Source: Dehalococcoidia bacterium (GTDB lineage Bacteria > Chloroflexota > Dehalococcoidia > Lucifugimonadales > GCA-2712585). From it: a stretch of 64,000 bases of DNA. The notes under the pieces are model-generated. The model did not search any database. It had not been told where the DNA came from and saw only the letters and a list, made by a program, of their open reading frames with translations. Shown in pieces: positions 1 through 11,095 of this stretch. How positions within the stretch are numbered: position 1 is the first letter of the stretch; every line of letters begins with the position of its first letter. The stretch spans positions 208,870 through 272,869 of the forward strand of contig CBDBPI010000002.1 in NCBI GenBank assembly GCA_965208725.1. The letters are read 5' to 3'. The translations under genes were made by a program, and so were the position numbers.

Positions 1-1
1 T

Positions 2-2101
2 CTATGCCCAACTTAAAAGGACATTCCAAGAATCGTCACGACTGGCGCTGCAACCGGGAGGGACAACGATGGTCGTGTCGTACTCTTCCACGATTACCGG
101 GCCGGGCGTCGCCTCTGACGAGAGATGCGCGCGGGTGATGATTTCTGTTTCCACCAGCCCAATTCCCCGACCGAAGTAGGCCTTGCGGCGACTGCTATTC
201 CCGACGGCGTCATAAATCGCCGCACCCATGGCTTTCATGTCCAAACCCGATGACGCCTCCACGTCCGGCCTTCCGATTACCCGAATGTTGGTTACCTCCA
301 CGTTCTCTCCGTCGGAGCGGTAGCCGTAAGTGCGGTGGTGTTCCTGGCCGAAGACGTCCTTCAGCTCCGGCATCGAGCCTGAATCCGGCACTGGCACCGT
401 CAACTCGTGGATCTGGGCGGCATAGTGCAGGTCTGCGTACCGCTGGAACGCCAGTCGTGTCGGATCGTAACCCTCCAGACGTAACGTCTGAGCCGCTTCT
501 TTCTCCAACGTCCTGAAGCCCGCCTCTAGCCCGTCCACCGCGCCGTCCCCCGTAACCATCATCAGGCTGTGGACGAATTCGTACTCCTGGGCCGCCGCCA
601 GCAATCCCAGGCTGCTGAACAGCCCCGGCGCCGTCGGGATGATTACCCGGGTTATGCCCATCTGACGGGCCAGGGCGGCAGCGTGGCAAGGGCCGCTGCC
701 CCCGAAGGCCACGAGGGTAAAGTTCCGTGCGTCCCGTCCCCTTTCCGTGGTCACCGAGCGCATGGCCCGCGCCATGGCGGCGTTAGCCACCACGTGCACT
801 CCGTAGGCCGCCTCCAGCACTGACAGGCCCAAGGGACGGGCCACCTTCTTTTTAAAGATGCGGCGGGTCTTCTCCAGGTTCACCTTCAGCGAGCCGCCCA
901 GCAGGTACTCGGGGTTCAGATACCCCAGCAGCACGTTGGCGTCGCTCGTCGTCGGTTCCTCGCCGCCCCGGTCGTAGCAGATGGGCCCCGGCTCCGCGCC
1001 GGCGCTCTGCGGCCCCACGTGGAAGGAGCCGGCAGCGTCCAGCGACACCAGACTCCCCCCGCCGGCCCCCACCTCAGCAACGTCTACCGCCCTCACCATC
1101 AGCAGATACCCGCCGCCCTTGAGCAGCCTGCTGCCCTTGGATATGGGCGCGCCTATCTCATACTCACCCGACTTGAGAGGCTCCCCGTCCTCGATGACCG
1201 CCGCCTTGGTGGTGGTACCACCCATGTCGAAGGTCAGCAGGTTTGGCGTCGACAGCTTCTTCGACAGGTCCAGCGCGCCTGAGACTCCCGCCACTGGCCC
1301 CGATTCCAGTGAGAAAACGGGCCGCTCTCCCGCTCGGTGCGACGTCATCATGCCGCCGCTGGACTGCATCACCAGTATCGGGGCTTCTATCCCCATGGCG
1401 GAAACCCGCTCCCTCAGAGACCGCAGATAGGTGTTCATCACCGGCATCAGGTAGGCGTTGGCAACGGTGGTGCTGGTGCGCTCGTATTCACGGATGGCGC
1501 TCACCACCTCGTGGGAGAGGCTGACGAACAGGTCCGGGTATTCGTCCCTCGCCAACTCGCCGATGGCTCGTTCGTGCACCGGGTTTCTATAGGCGTTGAT
1601 GAGGCACACGGCCAAAGACTCAACCCCTTCCGCCAGAAGCTCGTCAATCCTCTGGCGCGCCTCGTCCGCCTCCAACGTCGTCAACACCTGGCCCGAAGCG
1701 TCCAACCGCTCGTCTACCTCTAATCTCAGGTAGCGTGGGACCAGCGGGTCCGGCGGCTCGTAGAACAGGTCGTAGAGGGTGGGAGTGCGCAGCCGTCGCA
1801 CCTCCAACACATCGCGAAATCCCCTGGTGGTAATGAGGCCTACCTTTGCGCCTTTGCGTTCCAGCACGGCGTTGGTGGCGGCGGTGGTGCTGTGACACAC
1901 CTCGACCACGTCGGAGGCGGTCACTCCCGCTTCCTTCAGCGCCTCGCCGATGCCCCTGATGATGCCCTCATCGTACTGTCCGGGGGTGGACGAGACCTTG
2001 CGCACCGACATACGTCCGTCCGAACCCGTAAGGACTACGTCGGTGAAGGTGCCGCCAACGTCGACACCCAGCCGAAATCTTTTGTGTTCGAGAGAAGTCA
2101 T
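2..2101 (-). CDS. hyuA: hydantoinase/oxoprolinase A-family protein (N-methylhydantoinase A-like)
   Basis: 699-aa ORF. The N-terminus RFRLGVDVGGTFTDVVL and the overall length are typical of the HyuA/oxoprolinase A family. Stop TAG at 2-4. Confidence 0.85.
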   Translation of the reverse strand: MTSLEHKRFRLGVDVGGTFTDVVLTGSDGRMSVRKVSSTPGQYDEGIIRGIGEALKEAGVTASDVVEVCHSTTAATNAVLERKGAKVGLITTRGFRDVLEVRRLRTPTLYDLFYEPPDPLVPRYLRLEVDERLDASGQVLTTLEADEARQRIDELLAEGVESLAVCLINAYRNPVHERAIGELARDEYPDLFVSLSHEVVSAIREYERTSTTVANAYLMPVMNTYLRSLRERVSAMGIEAPILVMQSSGGMMTSHRAGERPVFSLESGPVAGVSGALDLSKKLSTPNLLTFDMGGTTTKAAVIEDGEPLKSGEYEIGAPISKGSRLLKGGGYLLMVRAVDVAEVGAGGGSLVSLDAAGSFHVGPQSAGAEPGPICYDRGGEEPTTSDANVLLGYLNPEYLLGGSLKVNLEKTRRIFKKKVARPLGLSVLEAAYGVHVVANAAMARAMRSVTTERGRDARNFTLVAFGGSGPCHAAALARQMGITRVIIPTAPGLFSSLGLLAAAQEYEFVHSLMMVTGDGAVDGLEAGFRTLEKEAAQTLRLEGYDPTRLAFQRYADLHYAAQIHELTVPVPDSGSMPELKDVFGQEHHRTYGYRSDGENVEVTNIRVIGRPDVEASSGLDMKAMGAAIYDAVGNSSRRKAYFGRGIGLVETEIITRAHLSSEATPGPVIVEEYDTTIVVPPGCSASRDDSWNVLLSWA

Positions 2102-2188
2102 AAGCCGAAAACCGCCCGCCTATTATACAGCCTTGGCGCAGGCGGCACGGCTATGTGAAGTAGGCGCTCTGAAGCAGGGTTCGCCGAC

Positions 2189-3328
2189 CTAATACCCCGG
2201 TATCGGCTCCTTCACCCCAAATCCCGTCAGCGGCAGCAGTACGCTGTCCGACGGTTGAACGCTTCCGTTGGCCAGCAGGTTCTCCAACCCTCCAAGAACA
2301 ATGGCAGAAGTGGGTTCAACGATGATGCCCTCCATCGACGCCAATAACCGCTGCCAGTCGAGAATCTTCTCCTCCGTCACGGTTACGAAGCTGCCGCCCG
2401 ACTCTTTTGCGGCCTCCAGCAGTGCGCCCGGCCTGGGCGGGTTGGTGACGCCGATGCCGTTGGCTTTGCTGGTGGCTTCTCCCTTCGGCGACCATTCTCG
2501 CCCTTCGAAGGCCGCCACTACGGGGTGAGTCTCATCCGTTTGAGCTCCGTGCAGACGGGGCATACGGGTTACGCGCCCGTCCTCCAGCATCTCCCGGAAT
2601 CCCCGCCACATTCCCTGGTAGATGGAGCCGTTTCCGATGGGCACAATGATATGGTCGGGAAGCGGGTCCATCTGCTCCGCAACCTCGTAGGCCAAAGTTT
2701 TCAGACCCTCGATGAAGTAGATATTCTGGCCGTAGTTCATGTGAAGAATACCCGCGTCCTCGGCGAATTTCCGCGCCCCGTCGTTTCGCTCGGCCCTGGT
2801 CGGTCCCACCCAGTTCACCTCCGTGCCGTGAAGGGCGATGGCATGGACCTTCCGGCTATCGTAGGTGGTCCTGTTCGCAAAACCGAAAAACTTTATGCCC
2901 GCCCGGGCACAGTAGGCGGCGAAGGAGTGACCCGCGTTCCCACCCGTGGCGTCGGCAACCTCCGTCACGCCGGTGTCCTTCAGCACCGACACCTGCACGG
3001 TGTTGCCCCGGTCCTTGAAGGAACCCGTCGGGTTGAAATACTCCATCTTGGCGTTCAGTTTCGACACTCCCAGACGTTCCCCCACCCGGGGAAGCGGCAC
3101 GATGGGCGTGTTTCCCTCTCCCATGGTCACCAGGCTGGCCGGATCGTTAATGGGCAGCGTGGGCAGAAAGCGGGCAGTGCCCTGCGCCGTAGCGTCTACG
3201 CGAGCCTCCACCTTGGCGGGCGTGTCATACCGGGCGTCCAGCAGCCCGCCGCACAACTTGCAGTAGAGTCGGTACTTGCTGCCGTCGAATTGGGCTCCAC
3301 AATCTACGCAAACAAGAAAATACGCCAT
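2189..3328 (-). CDS. thrC: threonine synthase-like fold-II PLP enzyme with N-terminal zinc ribbon
   Basis: 379 aa. N-terminal CVDCG...CKLCGG ribbon, then PLP-lysine motif FNPTGSFKDRG. Threonine versus cysteate synthase specificity cannot be decided by eye. Confidence 0.7.
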   Translation of the reverse strand: MAYFLVCVDCGAQFDGSKYRLYCKLCGGLLDARYDTPAKVEARVDATAQGTARFLPTLPINDPASLVTMGEGNTPIVPLPRVGERLGVSKLNAKMEYFNPTGSFKDRGNTVQVSVLKDTGVTEVADATGGNAGHSFAAYCARAGIKFFGFANRTTYDSRKVHAIALHGTEVNWVGPTRAERNDGARKFAEDAGILHMNYGQNIYFIEGLKTLAYEVAEQMDPLPDHIIVPIGNGSIYQGMWRGFREMLEDGRVTRMPRLHGAQTDETHPVVAAFEGREWSPKGEATSKANGIGVTNPPRPGALLEAAKESGGSFVTVTEEKILDWQRLLASMEGIIVEPTSAIVLGGLENLLANGSVQPSDSVLLPLTGFGVKEPIPGY

Positions 3329-3436
3329 GGTCCCTCCTTTTGCCGAATGGCACGATGGCCAGCGTCTCTCCAGCTACCGGACGCGCCCACTGATGCGCAC
3401 GTCTTTAATGATTGGCGATGTTGGAATGCTGCGGGT

Positions 3437-3832
3437 CTACAAACAGGCAATCCCCGCGCTGGAGCACTGCTCATCTTCTTCGCCGGTGCCGCCGCCCACG
3501 CCGCAGGCGCCGATTGGCCGCCCGTCTCTAATAATTGGAACGCCGCCCAGGCTCATTATCATATGGCCGCCTTCGGCCGCGGCAATGCCAGTCATGATGG
3601 CGTCATTTGCTCGAAGTCCAAGCGCTCCGCTGGTCTGGCCGAAGGCCACGGCCGCGATCGCCTTTCCCTGGGAACCGTAGGCGCTGGCCCACGTCGCATC
3701 CTCCATCCGCTGGAAGGCCAGAAGTCTGCCTCCCGCGTCCACGACCGCGCAGCTGATTTTGATATCGAGCTCTCTGGCCTTTGCCATGGCGCCGTCAATC
3801 ATCCGAAGGGCATCCGCAAGTGTTATTGACAT
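3437..3832 (-). CDS. GlcG/HbpS-like (DUF336) haem-binding family protein
   Basis: 131 aa. A(L/M)..A...A.ELDIKISCAVVDAGGRLLAFQRMD...GGVPI..DG..IGA.GVGG pattern typical of DUF336. Confidence 0.7.
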   Translation of the reverse strand: MSITLADALRMIDGAMAKARELDIKISCAVVDAGGRLLAFQRMEDATWASAYGSQGKAIAAVAFGQTSGALGLRANDAIMTGIAAAEGGHMIMSLGGVPIIRDGRPIGACGVGGGTGEEDEQCSSAGIACL

Positions 3833-3934
3833 TCAACATCCTCCTCAGTTCAACAATGGAACGACCGTAAAAGGCCGCAACAGGAATGTCCGCAGTCTAA
3901 GCCGCGCCTACCGATGCCGTCAACCTGGGAGAAT

Positions 3935-4999
<1,065 letters not shown>

Positions 5000-5087
5000 C
5001 TACCAAGAAAATAATGTTGCAACTTACATCTACTATTCTATAAAAGGAGGATGAGTCTTTCCACCGCCCAGACCCCTCTTATATATC

Positions 5088-5128
5088 CCTTCCCCCTTGA
5101 TGGGGGAAGGTTGGGATGGGGGGTGATT
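5088..5128 (+). repeat. family-A intergenic hairpin repeat, copy 1
   Basis: ccttcccccttgatgggggaaggttgggatggggggtgatt. CCTTCCCCC/GGGGGAAGG stem plus conserved TGGGATGGGGGTGA tail. Confidence 0.85.
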
Positions 5129-5154
5129 CCTTCTACCCCACAAGATTTTCTTCC

Positions 5155-5182
5155 GTAGGGACGGTTCGCGAACCCCCTCGCC
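5155..5182 (+). repeat. family-B GTAGGG-hairpin repeat, copy 1
   Basis: gtagggacggttcgcgaaccccctcgcc. Conserved GTAGGG head followed by palindrome GGTTCGCGAACC. Confidence 0.7.
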
Positions 5183-6229
5183 CTAAGGCCACAGGGCCAA
5201 TGATTCCAGACTCATCGTCTCCGGCAGTCCCAGCATCAGGTTCATGTTCTGCACCGCCTGCCCCGCCGCTCCCTTCACCAGGTTGTCCAGGCAGCTCACC
5301 ACAATCAACCGGCCCGTCCGGGGATCCACCGTGGGGTAGACCAGGCACAGGTTCGATCCCGTTGTCTGCTTCGTCCGAGGCGGTGAGGCAGTCACGTGGG
5401 TAAAGGGTTCGTCGGCGTAGAACTCCTGGTACGCTGCCTGCACGGCTTCTCGCGTCGTAGACGGGTCCGTCAGCGGTGCGTAGCAGGTGGCGAGAATGCC
5501 CCGCGTCATAGGTATCAGATGGGGCACGAAGGTCACCCTCGCGGAATCTTCGCCTCCCAGCGACGCCAGCTCCTGGGCAATCTCCGGTTGGTGCCCATGG
5601 CCCTCCAGCCCGTAGGCCAGCACGTTCTCGTTGGACTCGGCGAAGTGGTACATGGGGTTGGAAGTGATGCTGCCCCGTCCCGCGCCCGACACCCCCGACT
5701 TGGCGTCGATGATGGCGTCCAGCTCTATAAGTCCCGTTTGTACCGCGGGCGCCAACGCCAGAATTGACGCCTCCGGGTAGCAGCCCGGATTGGCTATCAA
5801 CGACGCTCCGCCGATGCGGCTGCGGTTGATCTCCGGCAACCCATAGACGGCTCGCTTCAGCAGATGAGGCGCGGGATGGTCTGTCTTGTAGGCCGCCTTG
5901 AACCCCTCAGCGCTGCGAATTCTGAAGTCGGCGGCGATGTCCACAGCCTTCACTCCCCCGTCCACCAACGGCGCAAGAGCTTCCGCGCTGGCACCGCTCG
6001 GCAGGCTGGAGAAAACGAAGTCCACCGACTCTTCGACGGTGGTTGTAATAGGCAGATCGATGTCCCACAGATGAGGAACAGCCTCAGGCAGTCGTTGCCC
6101 GGCGGCGCTTCGCCCCGTGACGGAGGCAATCGTCACCTCCGGATGGTTGCGCAGTATTCGGGCCAACTCTGAGCCGGCGTATCCCGTGACGTTGATTATT
6201 CCTACCTTAGTCACTGCTGAACCTCTCAT
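5183..6229 (-). CDS. argC: N-acetyl-gamma-glutamyl-phosphate reductase
   Basis: 348 aa. N-terminal VGIINVTGYAGSEL NAD-binding motif and active-site NPGCYP. Confidence 0.9.
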   Translation of the reverse strand: MRGSAVTKVGIINVTGYAGSELARILRNHPEVTIASVTGRSAAGQRLPEAVPHLWDIDLPITTTVEESVDFVFSSLPSGASAEALAPLVDGGVKAVDIAADFRIRSAEGFKAAYKTDHPAPHLLKRAVYGLPEINRSRIGGASLIANPGCYPEASILALAPAVQTGLIELDAIIDAKSGVSGAGRGSITSNPMYHFAESNENVLAYGLEGHGHQPEIAQELASLGGEDSARVTFVPHLIPMTRGILATCYAPLTDPSTTREAVQAAYQEFYADEPFTHVTASPPRTKQTTGSNLCLVYPTVDPRTGRLIVVSCLDNLVKGAAGQAVQNMNLMLGLPETMSLESLALWP

Positions 6230-6316
6230 GGGAGTGCCAAACAGTATAAGCCGCGTCTCTATATGGGGTAAAGCTAGAGTCAGCTCGAAGCTGGCTTCTA
6301 AAGTAAAAGGTGCCGA

Positions 6317-6550
6317 CTACCAGAGCCAATCGCGCATACGTGCACGAGCCTCCGCCTCTCCCAATTCATATCCTTTGGCTTTCCATTCAGCGATCTTCTC
6401 GGTATTGCTCGCCGCGAACTCGTCAACAGTCTCCTCGCCTGACATAGAGGTCTTCGCTAATGCCTTAGCGAATTCATTGGCGTATACCTCGGCGTACCCC
6501 TCTACGTACCCCTCCGCGTATCGCCGTTTCAAGTATTTTTCAGCTAACAT
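6317..6550 (-). CDS. small hypothetical protein
   Basis: 77-aa ORF with no recognisable family. It lies 6 nt downstream of nth on the same strand. Coding status is uncertain. Confidence 0.3.
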   Translation of the reverse strand: MLAEKYLKRRYAEGYVEGYAEVYANEFAKALAKTSMSGEETVDEFAASNTEKIAEWKAKGYELGEAEARARMRDWLW

Positions 6551-6556
6551 GAATCA

Positions 6557-7303
6557 CTACCTCTTCGCCACAGGCAGCTCGCTGGAAGGGCATCCAAAAG
6601 CGAGGACGCACTCGTCGCACCGAGGTCGTGGGGCCTTGCACACTCGACGACCGTGGGTGATCAACGCCGTATGAAAGGCGTAGACCTGGTCTGGCTCCAC
6701 CATGACTTCCAGCAGGTCGTGGGCAGCATCGGCTCCTACCTTAGGCCCGATAAGTCCCAGCCGCTTCGACACCCGGTGTACGTGGGTGTCTACCGCCATG
6801 GCGGGCATGCCCAGCGAGAAGCAGAGAATAACCCCTGCCGACTTGGGCCCGATGCCCGGCAACTCACGAAGCCACGCCTTCGCGTCGGCCAGCGGCATGT
6901 CCGCCAGAAAATGCAGGTCCAGATTACCCCGCTTCTCCAGAATGATGTTCAGGATGGTCTTGATGCGGGGAGCCTTGATGCGAGCCAGCCCGCCGCTGCT
7001 GATGGCCTTGGAGATGCGCGGAATGCTCCCAGCCGCCACCGCCTCCAGGGTGCCAAACTCCTCCATCAGTTGACGAAAGGCCCGTCCCGAGTTGATGTCG
7101 GAGGTGTGCTGCGACAGTATCGTAAAGACCAGTTCCTCAGCGGGCTCGATGCGCCGCGCGTGCTCAAAGCGGCCATAGGGTCCCTCCAGCTTGTCAATTA
7201 TCTCCTGGGCGCTGATGGACTTGAGGATTGACTTCCTGGGGCGTCTTTTGCCAATCTGCCGTCGGCGTTTCGTCTTGGACTTGGTCTTGCTGCTTCGTGC
7301 CAC
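6557..7303 (-). CDS. nth: endonuclease III (HhH-GPD DNA glycosylase with 4Fe-4S cluster)
   Basis: 248 aa. HhH motif LPGIGPKSAGVILCF and C-terminal CKAPRPRCDECVLAFGC cluster, with a basic N-terminal extension. Confidence 0.85.
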   Translation of the reverse strand: MARSSKTKSKTKRRRQIGKRRPRKSILKSISAQEIIDKLEGPYGRFEHARRIEPAEELVFTILSQHTSDINSGRAFRQLMEEFGTLEAVAAGSIPRISKAISSGGLARIKAPRIKTILNIILEKRGNLDLHFLADMPLADAKAWLRELPGIGPKSAGVILCFSLGMPAMAVDTHVHRVSKRLGLIGPKVGADAAHDLLEVMVEPDQVYAFHTALITHGRRVCKAPRPRCDECVLAFGCPSSELPVAKR

Positions 7304-7356
7304 GATGGCCGGATTCTAGCACCCCAAAGCGGGAACCCTCAAGGGGGCATGATTCG

Positions 7357-7788
7357 CTACGTTACTGCGGGATGCAACTCCAGAATGCACTCGGTAATCA
7401 TGTCAGCGACAAGCATAGCTTCTGGGGAACCTGTCGACGGCAGTCCTTGAATTAAGCTGTGTGATGGATCAGCTCTGTGAGGTGGTCTAGAATCTTGGGG
7501 ATCATGTAGGAAGCTCAGATATCTGCCCGCGGCTGAAACGCATTCTTTCGTTGCACCAACATTCAGACGGGCAAACCTCCCATTGGGCCGAATGGTTAAC
7601 TGAATTAACTGTCTTACTTCGCTGAGCTGCGTGTCCCTGGTTTCTCCTTGAAAAAACTCCAGCCAATTGACGGAGATTCCGTTAATGCCCCCGATGAACT
7701 CTGCGGCATTGACGATACTCCTTTGAACGCTGCTGGGCTTGACGTAGCGGACTACGTGGTCAGCATTAGGAAGTTCGTCCCCGGTCAC
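7357..7788 (-). CDS. hypothetical protein (downstream gene of an overlapping pair)
   Basis: 143-aa ORF. Its GTG start overlaps the upstream stop (GTGA at 7785-7788). Visibly A+T-richer than the neighbours. No family recognised; contains the motif DPSHSLI. Confidence 0.5.
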   Translation of the reverse strand: MTGDELPNADHVVRYVKPSSVQRSIVNAAEFIGGINGISVNWLEFFQGETRDTQLSEVRQLIQLTIRPNGRFARLNVGATKECVSAAGRYLSFLHDPQDSRPPHRADPSHSLIQGLPSTGSPEAMLVADMITECILELHPAVT

Positions 7789-8192
7789 ACACCCACCAGT
7801 GCATTGAGGTCAAAGGCCCGAATAATGTGTTTCACTCCTTCAAAGGTGTCAAGACCTGCGACTCTGGAAACGAAATCGTTGGTTGTTCTGCGCTTGAAAA
7901 TCACGCATTCCACTTGCTGTTTGCCGAGAAACTGAATCCCAACGTGTCCACCGTTGGCATCCTTCCACACGGCTCGAAAATTACCGCCGTCTGTCAGAAA
8001 TAACGATGCTTCATTTCCCGTAGTCGTTGAATGAATGAAGAAATGGAAATCTTGCTCAGAGTCAAGGCTAACCTCAATTTCGTCCTCAAGAGCATATCCC
8101 TTCAGTTCCTCGATACGGCGTAGATAAGCATCCCGCACCGTGTCGGGTGTTTCGCTCGGCTGCTCTTGCTTGGATACTATCTTCTCAATCAT
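7785..8192 (-). CDS. hypothetical acidic protein (upstream gene of an overlapping pair)
   Basis: ORF 7785..8312. I prefer the ATG at 8192 (MIEKIV...), preceded by AGGAAA. No family recognised. Confidence 0.45.
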   Translation of the reverse strand: MIEKIVSKQEQPSETPDTVRDAYLRRIEELKGYALEDEIEVSLDSEQDFHFFIHSTTTGNEASLFLTDGGNFRAVWKDANGGHVGIQFLGKQQVECVIFKRRTTNDFVSRVAGLDTFEGVKHIIRAFDLNALVGV

Positions 8193-8362
8193 ATTTTTGT
8201 TTCCTGATTGACGTCTCTGTTGCAGTACAACCAGCATAGCACGACAACTTCCACTTTTGAAACCCCTGTACACATATGAATGACCTACGCCGTCAGGACC
8301 CCTCCAGCACAATCAAAAACCCACGTGTCACAATTGCGTGTTTGTGCCCTAACCCCTTGTGG

Positions 8363-8368
8363 TATAGT
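8363..8368 (+). promoter_or_regulatory. candidate -10 element (TATAGT, preceded by TGG) for tldD
   Basis: ttgtgc-N15-TATAGT about 40 nt upstream of the tldD ATG. Sequence resemblance only. Confidence 0.3.
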
Positions 8369-8408
8369 CTTACCCCATCCTATTTTGCCGTAGAAACGCC
8401 TGGCAACT

Positions 8409-9779
8409 ATGAACGACCATCTGCATGACCTAGTCGCCGACGCCCTCAAGGGCCACGACGCCCAGTACATAGAATTGCGCGTCGACCAGAACCAGTCTTC
8501 CCACCTCCGCTACAGGGGGCGGGAGCTTGAAGAGGTCAACCGCACCACCACCGGCGGCGGCTGCGTTCGCGCCCTTGCCGGCGGCGGCTGGGGTTTCGTT
8601 TCCTTCAACAGCCTCGATGGCCTGCGCGATAAAGTCGGCTCCGCCGTTACCAACGCCCGCCTTGTCGGCGGCGAACCCGTAACCCTCGCCCCCGTGGAAC
8701 CCGTCGTCGACTGCATCACCCCAACCGTCAAGAAAGACCCCTCTCAAATCTCTCTTGCCGACAAGAAAGCCATGCTCGACCAGTACGTGGAAGAAATCTG
8801 GCGCGCTGAGGGCATCTCCACCTCCACCGTGGGCTACGGCGACGCCAAACGCCGCCGCGTCTTTGCCACCTCCGAGGGCGCCTATATCGACCAGACGGTC
8901 CTCGACGTGGTGATGCGTCTCAACGCCGTGGCCCGCGACGGCGCGGAAGTCCAGCAGTCAGGCGTCAGCCTCGGCGCCGCCGGTGATTTTTCCGAAGTCG
9001 AAGACCTGCACCACGAAGCCGCCCAGGTGGGACGCCGCGCCGTTGAACTGCTGAAGGCCCCCCAGGTCAAGGGCGGTGAGTACACAGTCGTCCTCGAACC
9101 CGTTCTCGCCGGCGTTTTCATCCACGAAGCCTTCGGCCATCTCTCTGAGGCGGACCACGTCTATGAAGATGATCGCATGAAGGAATTGATGGTCCTCGGC
9201 AAGCGTTTCGGCGGCCCTCATCTCAACGTCGTCGATGGCGCAGCCGTTCCCAACCTTCGTGGCAGCTACGGCTACGACGACGAAGGCGTACCCGCCACCC
9301 GTAGCTACCTGCTCAAGGAGGGGGTTCTTGTCGGACGCCTCCACTCTCGAGAGACTGCTTCAAAGATGGGAGAAGCTCCCACCGGCAACGCCCGCGCCAT
9401 TGGCCCCCAGTTCCCGCCCATCGTCCGTATGACCAACACCTTCATCGAAGGTGGCAGCGCCTCCCCCGAAGAGATTATCGGTGACGTTAAGGACGGTCTC
9501 TACGTGGGCAACTGGTACGGCGGCATGACCAGCATGGAGCAGTTCACCTTCTCCGCCGGCGAGGCCTGGAAGATCCGAAACGGCAAAGTCGAAGAACTCT
9601 GCCGCCCAGTGCTCCTGACGGGCAACCTCTTCACCACTCTGGAAAGCCTCGACGCCGTCGCAAACGACCTGAGCATGAACCAGGGCGGCGGCTGTGGCAA
9701 GGGAGGCCAGTCCCCCCTGCCCGTGTCCAACGGCAGCCCCCACATCCGCATCCAGAGGTGCTTGATTGGCGGAAGTTAA
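8409..9779 (+). CDS. tldD: TldD-family metalloprotease
   Basis: 456 aa. HEAFGHLSEAD metal-binding motif and TldD/PmbA fold length. Confidence 0.9.
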   Translation: MNDHLHDLVADALKGHDAQYIELRVDQNQSSHLRYRGRELEEVNRTTTGGGCVRALAGGGWGFVSFNSLDGLRDKVGSAVTNARLVGGEPVTLAPVEPVVDCITPTVKKDPSQISLADKKAMLDQYVEEIWRAEGISTSTVGYGDAKRRRVFATSEGAYIDQTVLDVVMRLNAVARDGAEVQQSGVSLGAAGDFSEVEDLHHEAAQVGRRAVELLKAPQVKGGEYTVVLEPVLAGVFIHEAFGHLSEADHVYEDDRMKELMVLGKRFGGPHLNVVDGAAVPNLRGSYGYDDEGVPATRSYLLKEGVLVGRLHSRETASKMGEAPTGNARAIGPQFPPIVRMTNTFIEGGSASPEEIIGDVKDGLYVGNWYGGMTSMEQFTFSAGEAWKIRNGKVEELCRPVLLTGNLFTTLESLDAVANDLSMNQGGGCGKGGQSPLPVSNGSPHIRIQRCLIGGS

Positions 9780-11091
9780 CGAAATTCTCCAGCAGGTGTT
9801 GGAGCGCGCCAAAGCGGTCTCCGAACAGGCGGAAGTCTTCCACCTCTCCGGCTGGAGCCGCCCCGTGGAATTTGAAGCCAACCGGCTCAAGTCTCTCGTG
9901 GGACGCGACTCCTCCGGCATAGCCCTGCGCCTCATAAAGGATGGACGAATAGGCTTCTCCTCCACCACCCACTGGGACGGCGCTGAATCTCTGGTGGATA
10001 ACGCCCTCGAAACCGCCCCCTTCGGCCCCAGGGCCGCCATGGACCTTCCAGGCCCCAGCGACTTCGCTTCGATACCCCTCTACGACGCCGCCGTAGAGTC
10101 CCAGTCCCTTGAAGACATGATCCAGTTTGGCCAGCGTCTCATAGACGGCGTTCGCGCCGTTGAACCGGAACTTCTCTGCGACGCCAGCGTTTCCCGCAGC
10201 GTCTCCACCCTCCGGCTGCTGAACTCCAACGGTGCTTCCGCCCAATATACCCGCAGCGGCTTCTCCGCCTACGTCGGCGGCGCCCTCATCAAGGGCACCG
10301 ACATGCTCTTCCTCGGTGATGGCGACCGCTCCTGCAGTCCCCTTGTAGACCCGGAACCCCTCGTCGATTCCGTCCTCACCCAGCTTGAGCGAGGTCGCGA
10401 CATTGCCTCCCCCGCCTCCGGCGATCTCCCCGTCGTCTTCACCCCCCGCGGCGTGGGCGGCGCGCTCCTCTCGCCTCTCCTGGCCGGATTCAACGGCAAG
10501 TCCATCCTTCAGGGGTCTTCCCCCCTCGTAGACAAGCTGGACGAAAAGCTGTTGGACGAAAGGTTCAGCCTCTGGGATGACCCCACAATGGCCATGATTC
10601 CCGGCAGTCGCGCCTTCGACGACGAAGCTGTTCCATCAGCGAAAATGCCCCTCATCGAAAACGGCGTCATACGCAATTTCCTCTACGATCTCCAGACCGC
10701 GGGACAGGCCGGCGTCGAAAGCACCGGCAGCGCCCACCGCGGCCTCAACTCCCTCCCCTCCCCCGGCGTCAGCGTAGGCATCCTCCCTCCCGGCGACGTG
10801 GCCTTCGACGACATGATTGCCGACATTCAGGACGGTATCGTCGTTGAGCGCCTCCTGGGGGCAGGTCAGAGCAACATTCTCGCCGGTGAGTTCAACGCCA
10901 ACGTACTGCTTGGCTATCGCGTCGAAAAGGGCAAGATTACGGGCAGGCTGAAGAACACCGTCATTAACGGCAACGTCTACACGGCCCTCAAGGAACTCCG
11001 TGGCCTGGGCAGCGACGCCACCTGGCTGGGTGGTTCCTTCAAGACCCCCAGCATCTATTGCGGCGGCGTATCCGTGGCCACCCGGGAATAG
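9766..11091 (+). CDS. pmbA: PmbA/TldE-family protein
   Basis: 441 aa, TTG start overlapping the tldD end by 14 nt. TldD/PmbA-family paralogue without the HExxxH motif. Confidence 0.85.
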   Translation: MAEVNEILQQVLERAKAVSEQAEVFHLSGWSRPVEFEANRLKSLVGRDSSGIALRLIKDGRIGFSSTTHWDGAESLVDNALETAPFGPRAAMDLPGPSDFASIPLYDAAVESQSLEDMIQFGQRLIDGVRAVEPELLCDASVSRSVSTLRLLNSNGASAQYTRSGFSAYVGGALIKGTDMLFLGDGDRSCSPLVDPEPLVDSVLTQLERGRDIASPASGDLPVVFTPRGVGGALLSPLLAGFNGKSILQGSSPLVDKLDEKLLDERFSLWDDPTMAMIPGSRAFDDEAVPSAKMPLIENGVIRNFLYDLQTAGQAGVESTGSAHRGLNSLPSPGVSVGILPPGDVAFDDMIADIQDGIVVERLLGAGQSNILAGEFNANVLLGYRVEKGKITGRLKNTVINGNVYTALKELRGLGSDATWLGGSFKTPSIYCGGVSVATRE

Positions 11092-11095
11092 TAAG

